A DNA stretch of 64,000 nt, taken from assembly GCA_023426265.1 (NCBI GenBank), contig JAFABA010000165.1, positions 3,453 through 67,452 on the forward strand, read 5' to 3'. This document shows, piece after piece, positions 63,489 through 64,000 of this stretch. Made by a program: the position numbers and the translations under genes. The notes under the pieces are model-generated. The model made no database searches and had not been told where the DNA came from. It was given only the letters and a program-made list of their open reading frames with translations. The stretch is from Bacillota bacterium (GTDB lineage: Bacteria; Bacillota; Clostridia; Christensenellales; CAG-138). Position 1 is the first letter of the stretch; every line of letters starts with the position of its first letter.

Positions 63489-64000
63489 GAAAGAATAAAT
63501 TTCTACTTGGCGTAACGGTACTTGTTTACTTTTTTATATTCGCGCCACTGGTAATGATCGCGCTTACCTCCTTCACGACCGAGAGTTACATCAGCTTCCC
63601 GCCGGTTGGTTTCAGCCTGAAATGGTATTGGAAGGTCTTTGAAACCAAGAGTTTTATGGATTCCTTTCAGCTTAGCATTGTTGTTTCAACAGCGGCAACC
63701 GTACTTGCCCTGCTTGTTGGCATTCCCGGTGCGTATGCGCTAAGCCGCTATCACTTCCGCGGCAAGCAGTTTATCAAAGATTTGTTTTTCTCTCCCAATA
63801 TGGTACCCCAGGTGGTCGTCGGCTTCTCCCTGTTTGTATTTATCATTGTGGCTTTACGGCTTAACATGCGCATCGCGCTGCTGGTTGGCCTTGCGGTCTC
63901 AGTGGTTACCTATGCTTTTCGCATTGTGGGCGCAAGCATAGACAGCCTTGATTTCGCCATAGAAGAGGCCGGGATGAGCCTTGGGGCAACGAGGGCGACG
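63485..64000 (+). CDS. ABC transporter permease (PotC-like), 3' end beyond the window
   Basis: Hand translation from ATG 63485 (ATGA overlap with the upstream gene) gives MRKNKFLLGVTVLVYFFIFAPLVMIALTSF...IEEAGMSLGATRAT. It is not in the track because it is open at the window edge. Confidence 0.8.
   Translation, partial: MRKNKFLLGVTVLVYFFIFAPLVMIALTSFTTESYISFPPVGFSLKWYWKVFETKSFMDSFQLSIVVSTAATVLALLVGIPGAYALSRYHFRGKQFIKDLFFSPNMVPQVVVGFSLFVFIIVALRLNMRIALLVGLAVSVVTYAFRIVGASIDSLDFAIEEAGMSLGATRAT

Noticed and set aside
1-64000. CRISPR arrays, rRNA genes, retron/RT-associated ncRNA, additional tRNAs
   Set aside because: No regularly spaced short direct repeats, no rRNA-like conserved blocks, no reverse transcriptase ORF and no further cloverleaf candidates were seen on either strand.

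Overview
The window reads as a GC-rich Firmicutes/Clostridia-type chromosome; this is an inference from the ytxC-Tbox-thrS synteny, SD-led genes and the split transketolase. A visibly AT-rich accessory island of about 26 kb (about 16.0-41.75 kb) sits directly downstream of a tRNA-Thr(GGU) gene. All calls come from hand reading of the ORF track and sequence motifs; no homology search was possible.

Left flank (1-15.9 kb), housekeeping genes:
- MarR plus an ABC exporter
- a YhfC-like protease
- OadB plus an unannotated OadG-like micro-protein
- ZapA, HtrA, a DUF368 protein, an acyl-ACP thioesterase, a cyclophilin, Tag, YtxC
- T-box-controlled thrS
- a lipoprotein plus a zinc-ribbon membrane protein

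Island contents, in order:
- an IS3-family element
- two paralogous AbiJ-like proteins
- a 2117-aa STAND NTPase with an N-terminal nuclease-like domain
- a candidate triad of small TM protein, 1036-aa SF1 helicase and 639-aa protein with a C-terminal Rx4H HEPN motif
- a 5'-truncated large serine recombinase and a KilA-N gene
- a type I CBASS (Cap5 HNH-SAVED followed by a CD-NTase)
- a candidate module built around a GNAT-PIN-GNAT-ASCH-like fusion protein with an overlapping stand-alone ASCH gene
- an AbrB-type gene

The island is organised as two tandem cassettes. Each opens with the same roughly 140-bp promoter/leader module (R1) and closes with the same roughly 50-bp module plus hairpin (R2).

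Right flank:
- a GntR-linked oxidoreductase / split-transketolase / glycerate-kinase operon fed by a Liv-type ABC importer
- a suf operon (sufCBDSU) preceded by a MarR-like regulator and a perfect palindromic operator
- MobC and FtsX gene relics
- a LysR regulator and PotB/C-like permeases

No rRNA genes and no CRISPR array were seen.
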